DNA of 24,076 nt from Methanobacterium sp. (GCA_003166335.1 PMWA01000027.1:2974-27049), one strand, 5' to 3'. Counted from the first letter of the stretch, positions 1-10,572 are shown. Numbers and translations are program-made. Notes: a model not told the origin generated them from the letters alone.

Positions 1-1430
1 TAACCTAGGAAAGCTGAAAATAAAGCTCCAGTGGGTGGAATACTACTTAATATGGGAGCTAATTTAACAGCGCCTATACTAGCTAGAGAAGTGGTCATAG
101 CTTCGGGGAATCTTTGAGTAATTCCCACAATGACTATGGTGAAGAATATGGCCATACTCGCTGTAAAGGCGGTGTTCATTATGGTGAACATCATACCCGA
201 GGCTACACCCCTATCCTGTGGTGGGACTGAGTTCATTATGGAAGCACTGTTAGGTGAACCGAACATTCCACCTCCAACTCCCATCATAAACAAGACTAAA
301 CCAAATTCAATGTAAGTGAAATTATAAGGAAGCGCCGCTAATAATATGAAAGCTAATGCACAAAGAACCATTCCCATGGTAGCTATCCAGCGTGGTCCAT
401 ACTTATCCGATAATATACCAGAAATAGGTCCCATAATAATTATTCCACCTGTAAGTGGTAACATGTAAATCCCCGCCCAGAAAGGGGTGGAACTGTAACT
501 ATATCCATGAAGGGGTAACCATATACCCTGCAATAGTAATATGAGCATGAACATCATACCACCCCGGCTTAAAGCACTTAATAAGCCAGTTAAATTAGCA
601 TAAGTAAACATTCTAATTTTAAATAAATCTAAACGGAACATGGGTGATTCAACCCGATTTTCAATAAATGGGAACAGAATCAGTAAAATTAATCCTAGTA
701 TCATAGAGGTTATAACCCAAGGATTGTTCCATCCCATAGGATTACTTCCGTAAGGCATTAATCCATAAGTTACTCCAACAAGTAGGAGGGTGATGCCTAA
801 AACAAATATAAGATTTCCCCAAATATCAATTTTAGTTTTCACAGATTTAATAGATAATTCTTTCAGTTTATAATAGGACCATACGGTTCCGAAGAGTCCG
901 AATGGTATACTAACTAGGAATACGTATCTCCAGTCAAATACTGCTAGTACACCTCCTAAGATTAAGCCTAAGAATTGTCCTGACATTAATGCAACCATAT
1001 TTATACCTAAAGCTTTTCCCCGTTCATTAGCGGGGAACGCATCGGTAAGTATAGCTGCACTATTCGCCATGAATAATGCAGTACCTACAGCTTGGAGTAT
1101 CCTGAAAATTATAATTTCTAATGCACCCGCATCACCAGTGGAAGGCGTCAAGTAGAGTAGAACTGATCCTAATGTGAATATTAGGAAGCCCAGCCGGAAC
1201 ATTTTTACTCTTCCATACATATCGGAAATCCGGCCGAAACTTAACAGTAGCGTAGCAGTAACTAATCCATAACCCATTAATATCCATAAGAGATATTGAA
1301 ATGAATTCAATGGATTAATATGAATACCGTTAAAAATAGCGGGAAGGGAAATTAGAACGATACTCATGTTTATCATTCCCATTAAAGAGGATATGACAAC
1401 ATTTGACATGGCTATCCATTTATACTCCAA
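1..1430 (-). CDS. MFS transporter (DHA2/EmrB-QacA-like), 3' end runs off the window
   Basis: Manual translation (missing from the ORF track because there is no stop in the window): TTG start at 1430 after a [41 protein letters not shown]...[13 protein letters not shown] (MFS motif A)...[13 protein letters not shown]...[13 protein letters not shown]. Close paralog of 22718..24076. Confidence 0.92.
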   Translation of the reverse strand, partial: MEYKWIAMSNVVISSLMGMINMSIVLISLPAIFNGIHINPLNSFQYLLWILMGYGLVTATLLLSFGRISDMYGRVKMFRLGFLIFTLGSVLLYLTPSTGDAGALEIIIFRILQAVGTALFMANSAAILTDAFPANERGKALGINMVALMSGQFLGLILGGVLAVFDWRYVFLVSIPFGLFGTVWSYYKLKELSIKSVKTKIDIWGNLIFVLGITLLLVGVTYGLMPYGSNPMGWNNPWVITSMILGLILLILFPFIENRVESPMFRLDLFKIRMFTYANLTGLLSALSRGGMMFMLILLLQGIWLPLHGYSYSSTPFWAGIYMLPLTGGIIIMGPISGILSDKYGPRWIATMGMVLCALAFILLAALPYNFTYIEFGLVLFMMGVGGGMFGSPNSASIMNSVPPQDRGVASGMMFTIMNTAFTASMAIFFTIVIVGITQRFPEAMTTSLASIGAVKLAPILSSIPPTGALFSAFLG

Positions 1431-1552
1431 AATCATCACCATCATCATTATTAACGAAAATATTATTTTGATTCAAATATATCACCAATTTTATCATTAT
1501 AAATATCCTAAAAAAAATTTGAGGATAACAAAAAAAATTTCAACATTTATTT

Positions 1553-2017
1553 TTATGGTACCACTATAACTGGAACTTTAGATTCTCTTACCACTCTTTC
1601 AGTGACACTTCCTAATACTAATCTATCCAATGTACTATGCTTACCAGAGGCTCCCATAACCACTAAATCAACATTTTCTTCATCAATTGATTTAAGAAGC
1701 TCAATATAAGCTTTACCTTCCTTAATTAAATATTCTAAATGAATATTATTACACTTACCTTTACACTGATTCTCTTTTAACTCATTCATAATATCTTTAA
1801 TCATCATTTTACTTTCTTCCCTCACTTCAAGATAATAATTATCATCAGGCGTAGGTAAAGTAGCAATAGGTAAAACCGGGAGTTTAGGATAGTAAGGTTC
1901 CACAACAAATAAAACCGTAATATCGACGTTACTAACATCTGCAATATTTATAGCATGTTCAGCTGCTCTTTTAGAATTCTCTGACCCATCAACAGGTAAT
2001 AAAATCTTCCTATACAT
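1553..2017 (-). CDS. Universal stress protein (UspA family)
   Basis: MYRKILLPVDGSENSKRAAEHA N-terminus and DLVVMGASG...LGSVTERVVRESKVPVIVVP ATP-binding signature; AGGTGA RBS. Confidence 0.95.
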   Translation of the reverse strand: MYRKILLPVDGSENSKRAAEHAINIADVSNVDITVLFVVEPYYPKLPVLPIATLPTPDDNYYLEVREESKMMIKDIMNELKENQCKGKCNNIHLEYLIKEGKAYIELLKSIDEENVDLVVMGASGKHSTLDRLVLGSVTERVVRESKVPVIVVP

Positions 2018-2063
2018 TAAAATTTCACCTTGAATTCATCACTTATTTTCATATCCTAATAAT

Positions 2064-2180
2064 TTAAGGGAATAATCTCTCATTATAATCAGCTTTTACT
2101 ATTGTAAAATCCTTTTTCTCATCTCCTCGTATCATTTTGCCAAAAAGATAAAATCTTTGTATTTTAAGTTTGTCATTCAT
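2064..2180 (-). CDS. Possible 38-aa small ORF (or gene remnant) upstream of uspA
   Basis: AGGAGA RBS then ATG: MNDKLKIQRFYLFGKMIRGDEKKDFTIVKADYNERLFP*. No recognisable family. Confidence 0.3.
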   Translation of the reverse strand: MNDKLKIQRFYLFGKMIRGDEKKDFTIVKADYNERLFP

Positions 2181-2468
2181 AATTCTCCTACAATTCATAT
2201 AATTATGTAATTATTATGAATCACAAATACATTTAAATTTAATTAAAATAATCGAATCTAATTTATATTGAATTCTATTATGAATCATAAATAAATTGAA
2301 AAGATAATCCCCACAATAAAACATAATGGTAAAATGTAATCCAGAGTCACTTTAAGGGTTAAAAGTTCTCCAATTCATAATTTGATAATAAAAAAATTTA
2401 ATAGAGTAAAATAAACATATTAAATAGGACATAAATAAATATAATACTGGTAGTAGGTGGATTTTTTA

Positions 2469-2663
2469 ATGAAAGTTGAAGTTAAATATTGTCCAAATTG
2501 TGGATCTAAAAATATAAAATGGGTTAATCCAGTAATGTGGTCATTATGGATATGTTACGACTGCGGATATGAAGGGCCAATAATAATAGACGATAGATCA
2601 TTAGCAGAAGAAATCAGAAAAAATTATCTAAAAGCAGAAAATCAAAATGAAGAATCCGAATAA
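2469..2663 (+). CDS. Small zinc-ribbon protein (CPxCG...CxxCG)
   Basis: KYCPNCGSKNIKWVNPVMWSLWICYDCGYEGP. AGGTGG RBS favours the ATG at 2469 over the GTG at 2457. Confidence 0.85.
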   Translation: MKVEVKYCPNCGSKNIKWVNPVMWSLWICYDCGYEGPIIIDDRSLAEEIRKNYLKAENQNEESE

Positions 2664-2704
2664 AAAAAAATGTATTTATATTAAAAAAAATTTTTTTTTG
2701 ATAT

Positions 2705-3905
2705 TTAATATTCTATAAATATTTTCTCCAGCCAATCAAAAATCACGGCTAACATTAAACTTGAATTAGCCACCTGACAATGAGCATCCGCACCCTCTTC
2801 CTCATTAAATATATGAATATCCTTTGGCCCAGATACTTTATCATAAAACAATTTGGCCTGATTCATCGCCTCATCACCCTCACCACTGCCAATTAATGTT
2901 AAAGTGGGACAGGTGATTTAATCCACCAAATCTACAATATTAAACTCTTTCATACGTTCTCTAACTTCTTTGAAGTTTTTAAACCCATATCGCCTCTCCA
3001 TTGTCTCAACAGTCCATTGGGCTTTAGGATATACTTTAAACATCTCCTCATAATCCTTCACATCTATAGCCTCTAACTCATCAATACCGGGGAAAGCACT
3101 GAAATAAGTATAAATATCAATTATAGGTGTGTCAATTATACAGGCTTTAATTCTTTTCTCAAAAATAACGCTCGACTAACAAAATAACCACCCAAACTTA
3201 ATCCTAACAAAGCTAAACGATCACCATCAACATCATTACGTGAAAGAACATAATCAACCACAGCATTCACCGGTTTTTCATAATCTGGCCTGAAATGCTT
3301 CTCCGGGTAAAGATGGCTAGGACCCGCTTGCCCCGGTCCTTCAAATATTAAAGCATTATAACCACGTTCAGTAACATTCAAACCTAAAAAGTAAAGTTCC
3401 TCAGCAGTACAGTCAAAACCGGTCATCAAAATCAAGGTAGGCTTTGGCTCACCATCATCATTATGTGCTGATAAAAAATAACCGATCAAATTCATATCCT
3501 CAAAGGAATCTCTAAAATTTCGAAAGAAGTGGAAGATAATTCACCAGCTTCCTGAAGACAATATCTACTCTTGACCAATTCATCCGCCGATCAGGTGTTG
3601 AAAAGAAACCATAATACTCCGCGGAACGATAATACATAGACGCTCTTAAAAATGCTTCCTAGCACTAACCCTTTGACCCTTACCTAAATAATCCACGGCC
3701 TCAGATTCAACTAAGGCTGCGGTATCATGCCATTCCTTAACCCAACTAACTAGATCACCATCCTTTATCCGCTTAGCAGTACTCAAACATTCACCAATGG
3801 ATGCACCATTATTATAATGGCCACCAATAACTCTTAAAAACTGGAAGTCAAATTCCTCATAATCAAAAGATTAAACCGAACACTAGATCGTTTCACTTCA
3901 CTCAT
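2705..3905 (-). pseudogene. Disrupted alpha/beta hydrolase (S9 / 2,6-dihydropseudooxynicotine hydrolase-like)
   Basis: Stitched frames read MSEVKRSSVRF|FDYEEFDFQFLRVIGGHYNGASIGECLSTAKRIKDGDLVSWVKEW...SA|EAFLRASMYYRSAEY...|...GFDCTAEE...FEGPGQ...GLSLGG (nucleophile)|FEKRIKACI...VD*ITCPTL...EEEGADAHCQVAN (catalytic His)...IFDWLEKIFIEY*. Frameshifts near 3868, 3659, 3575, 3503 and 3167; in-frame TAA at 2918-2920. Confidence 0.9.
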
Positions 3906-4192
3906 AAAAATCTACATCTCCAGACACCTTTTTATTTAAAAAAAAACTTAGATAAACCTTTTTTCACTATAATTTTTCCCAATATTAAACTAAAAAAAAA
4001 GGAAACAGTTTAAGTTATGATTTTTTTTATTTTATTAATTAAAAAAAAAGGACAATCTACTTTCAAAAGAAGTTCTGGGAGAATAAATGTTATCAGAATG
4101 AATCTATTTACAAAATTCGAAAAATAATCTGTATATATATTACTTCTAAACTAAATTTTAAAGCATAATCGGGGTTTAGCCTTTGTTCTTGG

Positions 4193-4288
4193 TCAATCAT
4201 TTTTTTTCATATGTTGATAAATTATATATAACAATCCTAATATTACAATAACTACTCCTGCTACTCGAATAAGTGTATTCCAATCCAA
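4193..4288 (-). CDS. Putative 31-aa single-pass membrane microprotein
   Basis: GAGGGA RBS then TTG: MDWNTLIRVAGVVIVILGLLYIIYQHMKKND*, one hydrophobic helix with a basic tail. Confidence 0.6.
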   Translation of the reverse strand: MDWNTLIRVAGVVIVILGLLYIIYQHMKKND

Positions 4289-4539
4289 TTAAATCCCTCT
4301 TTAATAAATATTTAGTTCCAATTCACGAAATGTATCGTTATAAATATTATAATAAATGAGTTTGGATATTTAGCTCATGAGCCACTCATTTTTTATATGG
4401 TGTTATTTGTAACTGATATAATTATCCCTCTTAAACTAATAATATTCTTAGAAACTGATTTTGATAGATTAAAAATTTGTAAACAGACGGATAATTTCTT
4501 AATATTAAATAAAAAAACATACAGTATAATGAAATATTT

Positions 4540-5163
4540 TCATTTAAATATTAAATTATCCACTGCTGATAACACTTCATTCATACGTGTTTTTTTGGTT
4601 TCAGGAGTATTATATGCGTAAGATTCATATATAATGGCTGGTGTTCCATTCTCTATAATAGGGATAGTTACATAAGAAGTACTAGTAGGGTTTGGTGGAT
4701 CATATGATACTAACCCGGGAACCATAGTTATTATTTGATTCATTAATTCAGTGCTTTCTTTATCAGGTGTCGGTACATTAAGGAACCATCTTACAGCATA
4801 ACCATCATTAGCCCCATAATTAACGTGGATATCTACTATCAACATGTAACTATCATTTACAATATCGGGCACTACAAATTGATTAGCCAGTAATTGCCCA
4901 TTCATACGTCCTGTATCAAAAACAAAAAGATCCTGAGTTACATTCACCCTGTAAATATAATAACAATATTTTAAGGATTCATTATTGTTTTCAATTGATT
5001 CCATCGCCATATTATGAACAACGTACTCTAAGGGATGCACACCCACAATAATCGCTATCTTCACTGGAGAGCGGTCATTACCGTATGGACCCATCTTTAC
5101 CACGTCACCATAATCAGTGCTACCTAACAATTGATTAGGTGGAACTAATCTTTTAATATTCAT
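4540..5163 (-). CDS. Hypothetical protein with M14/succinylglutamate desuccinylase-like Zn-hydrolase motifs
   Basis: IIVGVHPLE (HxxE), GRMNG, IVDIH and C-terminal IIYES, in the order of metal-ligand and catalytic motifs of M14-like carboxypeptidases. Confidence 0.65.
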   Translation of the reverse strand: MNIKRLVPPNQLLGSTDYGDVVKMGPYGNDRSPVKIAIIVGVHPLEYVVHNMAMESIENNNESLKYCYYIYRVNVTQDLFVFDTGRMNGQLLANQFVVPDIVNDSYMLIVDIHVNYGANDGYAVRWFLNVPTPDKESTELMNQIITMVPGLVSYDPPNPTSTSYVTIPIIENGTPAIIYESYAYNTPETKKTRMNEVLSAVDNLIFK

Positions 5164-5434
5164 TTTTGATCAATTGGACATTTTTTTATCTCTAAATAAC
5201 TCTTTAATTTATTACTAAAATAACATTATTGAGAATTAATAACAAAATTGATGAACTATTCTTAATCATTAAATACTAAAGATTTATTGTCCATGAAGTC
5301 AAAAAATAATCTTACATAGGAATGAACTTGATTTTAGATGGGTTATCCTAATCTATGAAAAATGTGAAGGATCCCCTTAGAATTATAATCTTATTTTATG
5401 TATACCTTCGATTTAAATGTGAGGTTATATTATT

Positions 5435-6346
5435 ATGTTATATGGAATTGTAGATATTGGTTCAAACACAGTTAAATTAAATGTTTATCGTTACAAAGAC
5501 AATGATATAAGTGTTGTATTTTCAAAAAAAGAAAATTTAGGTTTAATATTTTATATAAAAAATGGAAAATTAACTAACAAAGGTATTGAAAAACTAGTAA
5601 ATGTTCTTAAAAATATGAAAAATGATTTAGACTATTCAAAAATAGAAAATTACAGCTTCTTTTCAACAGCTGCATTGAGAAATATTGAAAACACTGCTCA
5701 TGTTACTCAAATAATTAAAGATAAAGTAAATATAGAAATTGATGTATTATCTGGTGAGGAAGAAGGAAAATTAAGCTTTATTGGATCTATCTCTACCATC
5801 AAAAAGGATAATGGGATTTTAATTGATGTAGGTGGGGGTAGTGTTGAAATTGTACTATTTAAGAATAAAAAAATCAAAGCAGGATATAGTATCCCTATTG
5901 GTTCTTTAAAAATATATAATGAGTATGTTTCTGATATGATACCAGATGAAAAAGAGTGTAATTTGATTAAAGAAAGAATATACTCTGAATTAGAGAGAAT
6001 AGATTTCAATAATGATGAAAAAATTCTTTTTATGTGTGGTGTAGGGGGAGGTATTCGAACAATTGAAAAAATATTAGTGGATTTAAATTTACAGAAGAAG
6101 AAAGCTGACTTAATAAATGTTAAATTATTAGAACAGCTAGAAACCGAATTAAATCATAATAATAAAGATACTTATTGCAAAATATTACATGTTAAACCAT
6201 CACGAATTCATACTTTAGTCCCTACTTTATTAATAGTGGAATCAATTACTTCTTATTTTGGATGTGAAGAGTTACAAATTAGTAAATTTAGTGTTAGAGA
6301 AGGCTATTTATACAAAAAAATGTTAAATAGGTACCAAAATGTCTAA
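5435..6346 (+). CDS. ppx: Exopolyphosphatase (Ppx/GppA family, short form)
   Basis: IVDIGSNTVKL, TAALRNIEN, SGEEEG, IDVGGGSVE and SVREG motifs; overlaps the ppk start. Confidence 0.95.
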   Translation: MLYGIVDIGSNTVKLNVYRYKDNDISVVFSKKENLGLIFYIKNGKLTNKGIEKLVNVLKNMKNDLDYSKIENYSFFSTAALRNIENTAHVTQIIKDKVNIEIDVLSGEEEGKLSFIGSISTIKKDNGILIDVGGGSVEIVLFKNKKIKAGYSIPIGSLKIYNEYVSDMIPDEKECNLIKERIYSELERIDFNNDEKILFMCGVGGGIRTIEKILVDLNLQKKKADLINVKLLEQLETELNHNNKDTYCKILHVKPSRIHTLVPTLLIVESITSYFGCEELQISKFSVREGYLYKKMLNRYQNV

Positions 6347-8462
6347 CGGGGATTATAGTTATACCCAAAACCGTGAATTATCCTGGTTAAAATTTAATGA
6401 TCGCGTTTTAGAAGAAGCAGAAGATACTAATGTTCCTTTATTGGAACGATTAAAATTCATATCTATTTTTACAAGTAATTTAGATGAATTTTATAGGGTT
6501 AGATGTGGTAGTTTATATGATTTATCGCTTATTGATAATGATTATGTTGATAATAAAACTGGTTTAAGTGCACAGGATCAGTTATATGCTATCTTTGATC
6601 GGACTAAATTCTTATATAAACGTAGAGATGATGTATTTAAATCATTAAATCATCTTTTAAAAGAGAATGATATATTTGATTTAGATTTAGATGATTTAAC
6701 TAAAAAGGAAACTAAATTTATTAATAAATACTTCTTTGATAGTATTTATCCACTTTTATCTCCTCAAGTTATAGATGTTCATCATCCTTTTCCTCATTTA
6801 TTAAATAAATCATTAAATATTATGCTAATTTTAAAAAATAAATACGATGAAATATTATTTGGACTTATTCCAGTTCCTTCATCTTTACCTAAGATTATTT
6901 ATTCTCCAAAGCATGGAATGCGTTTCATTTTATTAGAAAAAATAATTTATGAATATGCTAATGAAGTCTTCTCTAATTATAAAGTAGAATTTAAAACAGT
7001 AGTTTCTGTTACTAGAAATGCAGATATTGTTTTATCTGATTCTCAAATTGATGAAGATGAGGATTATAGGGGATACATGAAAAAAGTTTTAAAGAAAAGA
7101 ACTCGTTTAGCACCAATCAGATTAGAATTCTATAAATATTCTGACTTAATATTAACAGAATTTTTAATTGATCAGTTGAATATTGAAAAAAATCAAGTAC
7201 AAATCTCTAACACTCCTTTAGAGATGAGTTATGTATTTGAATTATATGATCATATTAAAGATGTAAATGAATTAATCTTTCATAAATTATCATTTAATCC
7301 CTATTATCCTAAAATACCTAAAACTGTGAAAGAAGGAAAAATTATACCTCAATTAAAAAATAAGGATTTTTTACTTTATTATCCATTTGATTCTATAGAA
7401 CCTTTTTTAAGATTATTAAAAGATGCAGCTAATGATGAAAATGTGATATCAATCAAAATTGCTATTTATAGATTAGCTAGGTCATCTTCTATAATAAAAT
7501 ATTTATTAGAAGCACTTGAAAACGGGAAAGATGTAACTGTTTTAATTGAACTTAGAGCTAGATTTGATGAAGCAAGAAATATTCATTATGCTGGCTTATT
7601 AGAAGAAGCAGGTTGCAGTATTTTATATGGTTTTGAAGAGTATAAAGTGCATTCAAAAGTTTGTTTAATTACCCGGAAAGAAAGGAATAATATTCGATAT
7701 ATAACTCAAATAGGTACTGGTAATTATAATGAAAGAACTGTTAAATTATACACTGATTTAAGTTTTATTACAACCAACCCAATTATTGGAGAAGATGCAA
7801 TGTTATTTTTTAAAAACATGGCAATTTCTAATTTAAATGGTGAATATCAACAGTTATTAGTTTCACCTTTTGGATTTAAATCTAAATTAATCGAAAAAAT
7901 CAATATAGAAATGGATAATGCCCGGAATAATCGTCCTAGTAGTATTATGATGAAAATGAATTCTTTAACAGATATAGAATTAATTGACATGTTAAGTGAA
8001 GCATCAAATGCTGGTGTAAAAATTAAATTAATAGTTAGAGGTATTTGTTGTTTAATTCCAGGATTACCGGGTAAGACTGAAAATATTGAAGTCGTTAGTA
8101 TTGTAGGTAGGTTCTTAGAACATGCAAGGATTTATTGTTTTGGATCTGGAGAAGATGTTTCAATATATATTAGTAGTGCTGATTTAATGACTCGAAATAC
8201 TGAAAAAAGAGTTGAAGTTGCATCCCCTATTGTAAATCCCATTTTAAAGAAAAAAATTTTGAGTATGTTAAATATTATGCTTAATGACAATGTTAAAGCT
8301 AGGAAAATTAATGATAAAGGAGATTATGAGAAAGTTATTAGAGGGGTTGATTTAATTGATTCTCAAAAGTATTTCATGTATGATGATTTCTCAGTAATTG
8401 AAGAAGAAGAAAATGAGAAAGAATCATTTTTCTCTAAACTAAAAAATTATTTTATAAAATAA
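6339..8462 (+). CDS. ppk1: Polyphosphate kinase 1
   Basis: NRELSWLKFNDRVL, SNLDEFYRVR, TRNAD, ELRARFDE, KVHSK (phospho-His), GTGNYN, GRFLEHARIY, SSADLMTRN. Confidence 0.98.
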   Translation: MSNGDYSYTQNRELSWLKFNDRVLEEAEDTNVPLLERLKFISIFTSNLDEFYRVRCGSLYDLSLIDNDYVDNKTGLSAQDQLYAIFDRTKFLYKRRDDVFKSLNHLLKENDIFDLDLDDLTKKETKFINKYFFDSIYPLLSPQVIDVHHPFPHLLNKSLNIMLILKNKYDEILFGLIPVPSSLPKIIYSPKHGMRFILLEKIIYEYANEVFSNYKVEFKTVVSVTRNADIVLSDSQIDEDEDYRGYMKKVLKKRTRLAPIRLEFYKYSDLILTEFLIDQLNIEKNQVQISNTPLEMSYVFELYDHIKDVNELIFHKLSFNPYYPKIPKTVKEGKIIPQLKNKDFLLYYPFDSIEPFLRLLKDAANDENVISIKIAIYRLARSSSIIKYLLEALENGKDVTVLIELRARFDEARNIHYAGLLEEAGCSILYGFEEYKVHSKVCLITRKERNNIRYITQIGTGNYNERTVKLYTDLSFITTNPIIGEDAMLFFKNMAISNLNGEYQQLLVSPFGFKSKLIEKINIEMDNARNNRPSSIMMKMNSLTDIELIDMLSEASNAGVKIKLIVRGICCLIPGLPGKTENIEVVSIVGRFLEHARIYCFGSGEDVSIYISSADLMTRNTEKRVEVASPIVNPILKKKILSMLNIMLNDNVKARKINDKGDYEKVIRGVDLIDSQKYFMYDDFSVIEEEENEKESFFSKLKNYFIK

Positions 8463-8483
8463 AAATAGAATTAATATATCATT

Positions 8484-9680
8484 TCAAGGATTCTCTTTTT
8501 TTAGTCAACCTCAATTCCGCTGCTTTAACTTTATCCAGGAAATCCTGATCTTCCATGTCACGGGAGACTTCTTTTAAAAGTATGGGGACATCCAATTTTG
8601 AGGGCATACTTTAACGCAATTCCCACAACCATTACATAATCCTGCATATGATTGATTACCGCTGGAAGCACCGCCTAAAACAGTTAAATATAGATAATCT
8701 GGAGCAAAATTACCTTTAAACATATGTTTCTGGTTGTATAAGGTGAAACATTGAGGTATATCCACTCCACTAGGACAAGGCATGCAATAACCACCCCCCG
8801 TACACTCAACCTTCAAATGTTCCTCGTAAACCTTTTTAACTTCATTATAAAGTTTCATTTCATCATCGGGGATCGAATTAGGATAAGTCTTATTTGCCAC
8901 TTTAATATTCATTTTCACCTGTTCCAATTCCCCCATACCTGAAAGTACACAGGTAACGTCGGGATGGTTTAAAACCCATCTTAAAGCCCATTCAGCTGGA
9001 GTTCTTTTAACTTTAGATTTACTCCAAATCTCCAATGCCTCCTCAGGCGCTTCTGCAAGGATTCCGCCCTTCAAAGGTCCCATAACTAATACAGTAATCC
9101 CCTGGGAGGCTGCATATTCCAATCCTATCTTACCTGCTTGACTATTCTCATCTAAGAAATTAAATTGAATGAGACAAACATCCCAAGTGTAAGCATCCAC
9201 TATTTTCTTAAAAGCCATTGTACTATCATGAAATGAAAACCCAATATGTTTTATTTTACCCTCTTCCTTGGCGGATTCTAAATAGTCTAGAATTCCTAAT
9301 TCTTTAAGCCTGAAAAAACTGCCCTCATTTAGGTTATGAAGGAGATAATAATCAATACAGTCTGTCTGGAGTTTTTCAAATTGCAATTTAAGATATTTCT
9401 CCATATCTTCATATTCTGTAATAGCCCAAGCAGGTGCTTTAGTGCAGAGTTTCACTTTATCCCGATAACCATCTTTAATTATTTCACCCAGAAATGATTC
9501 ACTATTTCCTTCATGATATAGAAGAGCTGTATCTATAAAGTTCACTCCATGATCAATCGCATAATATATCAGTTCTTTTGCCATTTTTTTATCAATACGC
9601 CCATTTAGTTTGGGAAGCCTCATGGCACCGAATCCCAAAGCGGAAATTTCAGTACCATCATTAGTTTTTCTCATTTGCAT
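8484..9680 (-). pseudogene. Aldo/keto reductase with C-terminal 4Fe-4S dicluster domain, frameshifted near the 3' end
   Basis: [32 protein letters not shown]. The ORF stops at 8574 ([10 protein letters not shown]), but adding one A to the run at 8596-8599 gives [20 protein letters not shown]...KKENP* ending at 8484. First cluster motif reads CTGGGYC instead of the usual CTGCGYC. Confidence 0.85.
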
Positions 9681-9780
9681 AAAAATTATCCTCCATTTTA
9701 AAATATACTAAAAAGTTACAATTTATCTAATTCAATTTAAGAGTTGAAATATCCTTTTCTCCTGAGAAAGATGTTTTTTT

Positions 9781-10572
9781 TTAAGTCAGTATCAATGATA
9801 GGCCGAATACTATTGAAATTGTTATAAATATGGGAGGTAAAATTTTCTCAAAAACCTTTCGATCAATTCTAGCAAATAATCTAGGTCCAATAAATGCACC
9901 TACAACCGCCCCACTTCCAAGAAGAAGTGTCAAAGTCAAGTCAAACCTTCCCAAAAAAAGGTAACCAGCGACACCAGCTATGGAGTTAAAAACGAGTACA
10001 AATACTGTGGTACCCACTACTATCACTGCAGGTAAACCTAAACTGTACAAGCCTGCCGTTACAGGTGGTGTTCCACTTAATCCGAAAACACCGGCTAGTA
10101 TTCCAGATAAGAATCCAAAAAAGGATGCTAAAATTCTCCTAGATCCTGTAAGTCTTAATGTTTCTTGATCTTCCATTTTATCATTTTCCTGTTTTTTACG
10201 TCCCTGTAATACTCTTCTTATCATTGGAATAATCATAATCAATAAAAGAACACCTAGAGCCTTCTTTAAAACGTTAGCGGGGATTAAATTTCCAATGTAG
10301 GCTCCTATTAATGTGCCTATTATTCCACCGACTCCTAAAATCAAACCTGTGCGAACATCTACATTTCCCAGGCGATGGTGACCATAAGCACCTACCGCTG
10401 TAGTAGGTAAAACCGTTGCTAATGACGTGGCTACAGCCACTTGAGGAGTTACACCAAATAAAAGAGTTAAAACAGGTACATATAATGCTCCGCCACCACC
10501 ACCCAGGGTAGTTACTAAGAGACCTATAAGAAATCCGACTAACGGAAGAAATATGAGATAAATATCAAACAT
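9781..10572 (-). CDS. Sulfite exporter TauE/SafE family membrane protein
   Basis: LGGGGGALYVPVL, AVATSLA, repeated GxxGxxIGA motifs in two internally repeated halves; 263 aa, hydrophobic. Confidence 0.92.
   Translation of the reverse strand: MFDIYLIFLPLVGFLIGLLVTTLGGGGGALYVPVLTLLFGVTPQVAVATSLATVLPTTAVGAYGHHRLGNVDVRTGLILGVGGIIGTLIGAYIGNLIPANVLKKALGVLLLIMIIPMIRRVLQGRKKQENDKMEDQETLRLTGSRRILASFFGFLSGILAGVFGLSGTPPVTAGLYSLGLPAVIVVGTTVFVLVFNSIAGVAGYLFLGRFDLTLTLLLGSGAVVGAFIGPRLFARIDRKVFEKILPPIFITISIVFGLSLILT

Noticed and set aside
130..315. 61-aa + strand ORF
   Set aside because: Antisense shadow of the minus-strand MFS gene.
1366..1569. 67-aa + strand ORF
   Set aside because: Overlaps the MFS start and the uspA end on the opposite strand; low complexity, no RBS.
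4397..4621. 74-aa + strand ORF
   Set aside because: Partly antisense to the 4540..5163 gene; no RBS or motif.
5707..6009. 100-aa minus ORF, and similar shadows at 8751, 9980, 12110, 12839, 15671, 17150, 19300, 19941, 20672 and 21110
   Set aside because: All lie antisense within well-supported genes or pseudogenes.
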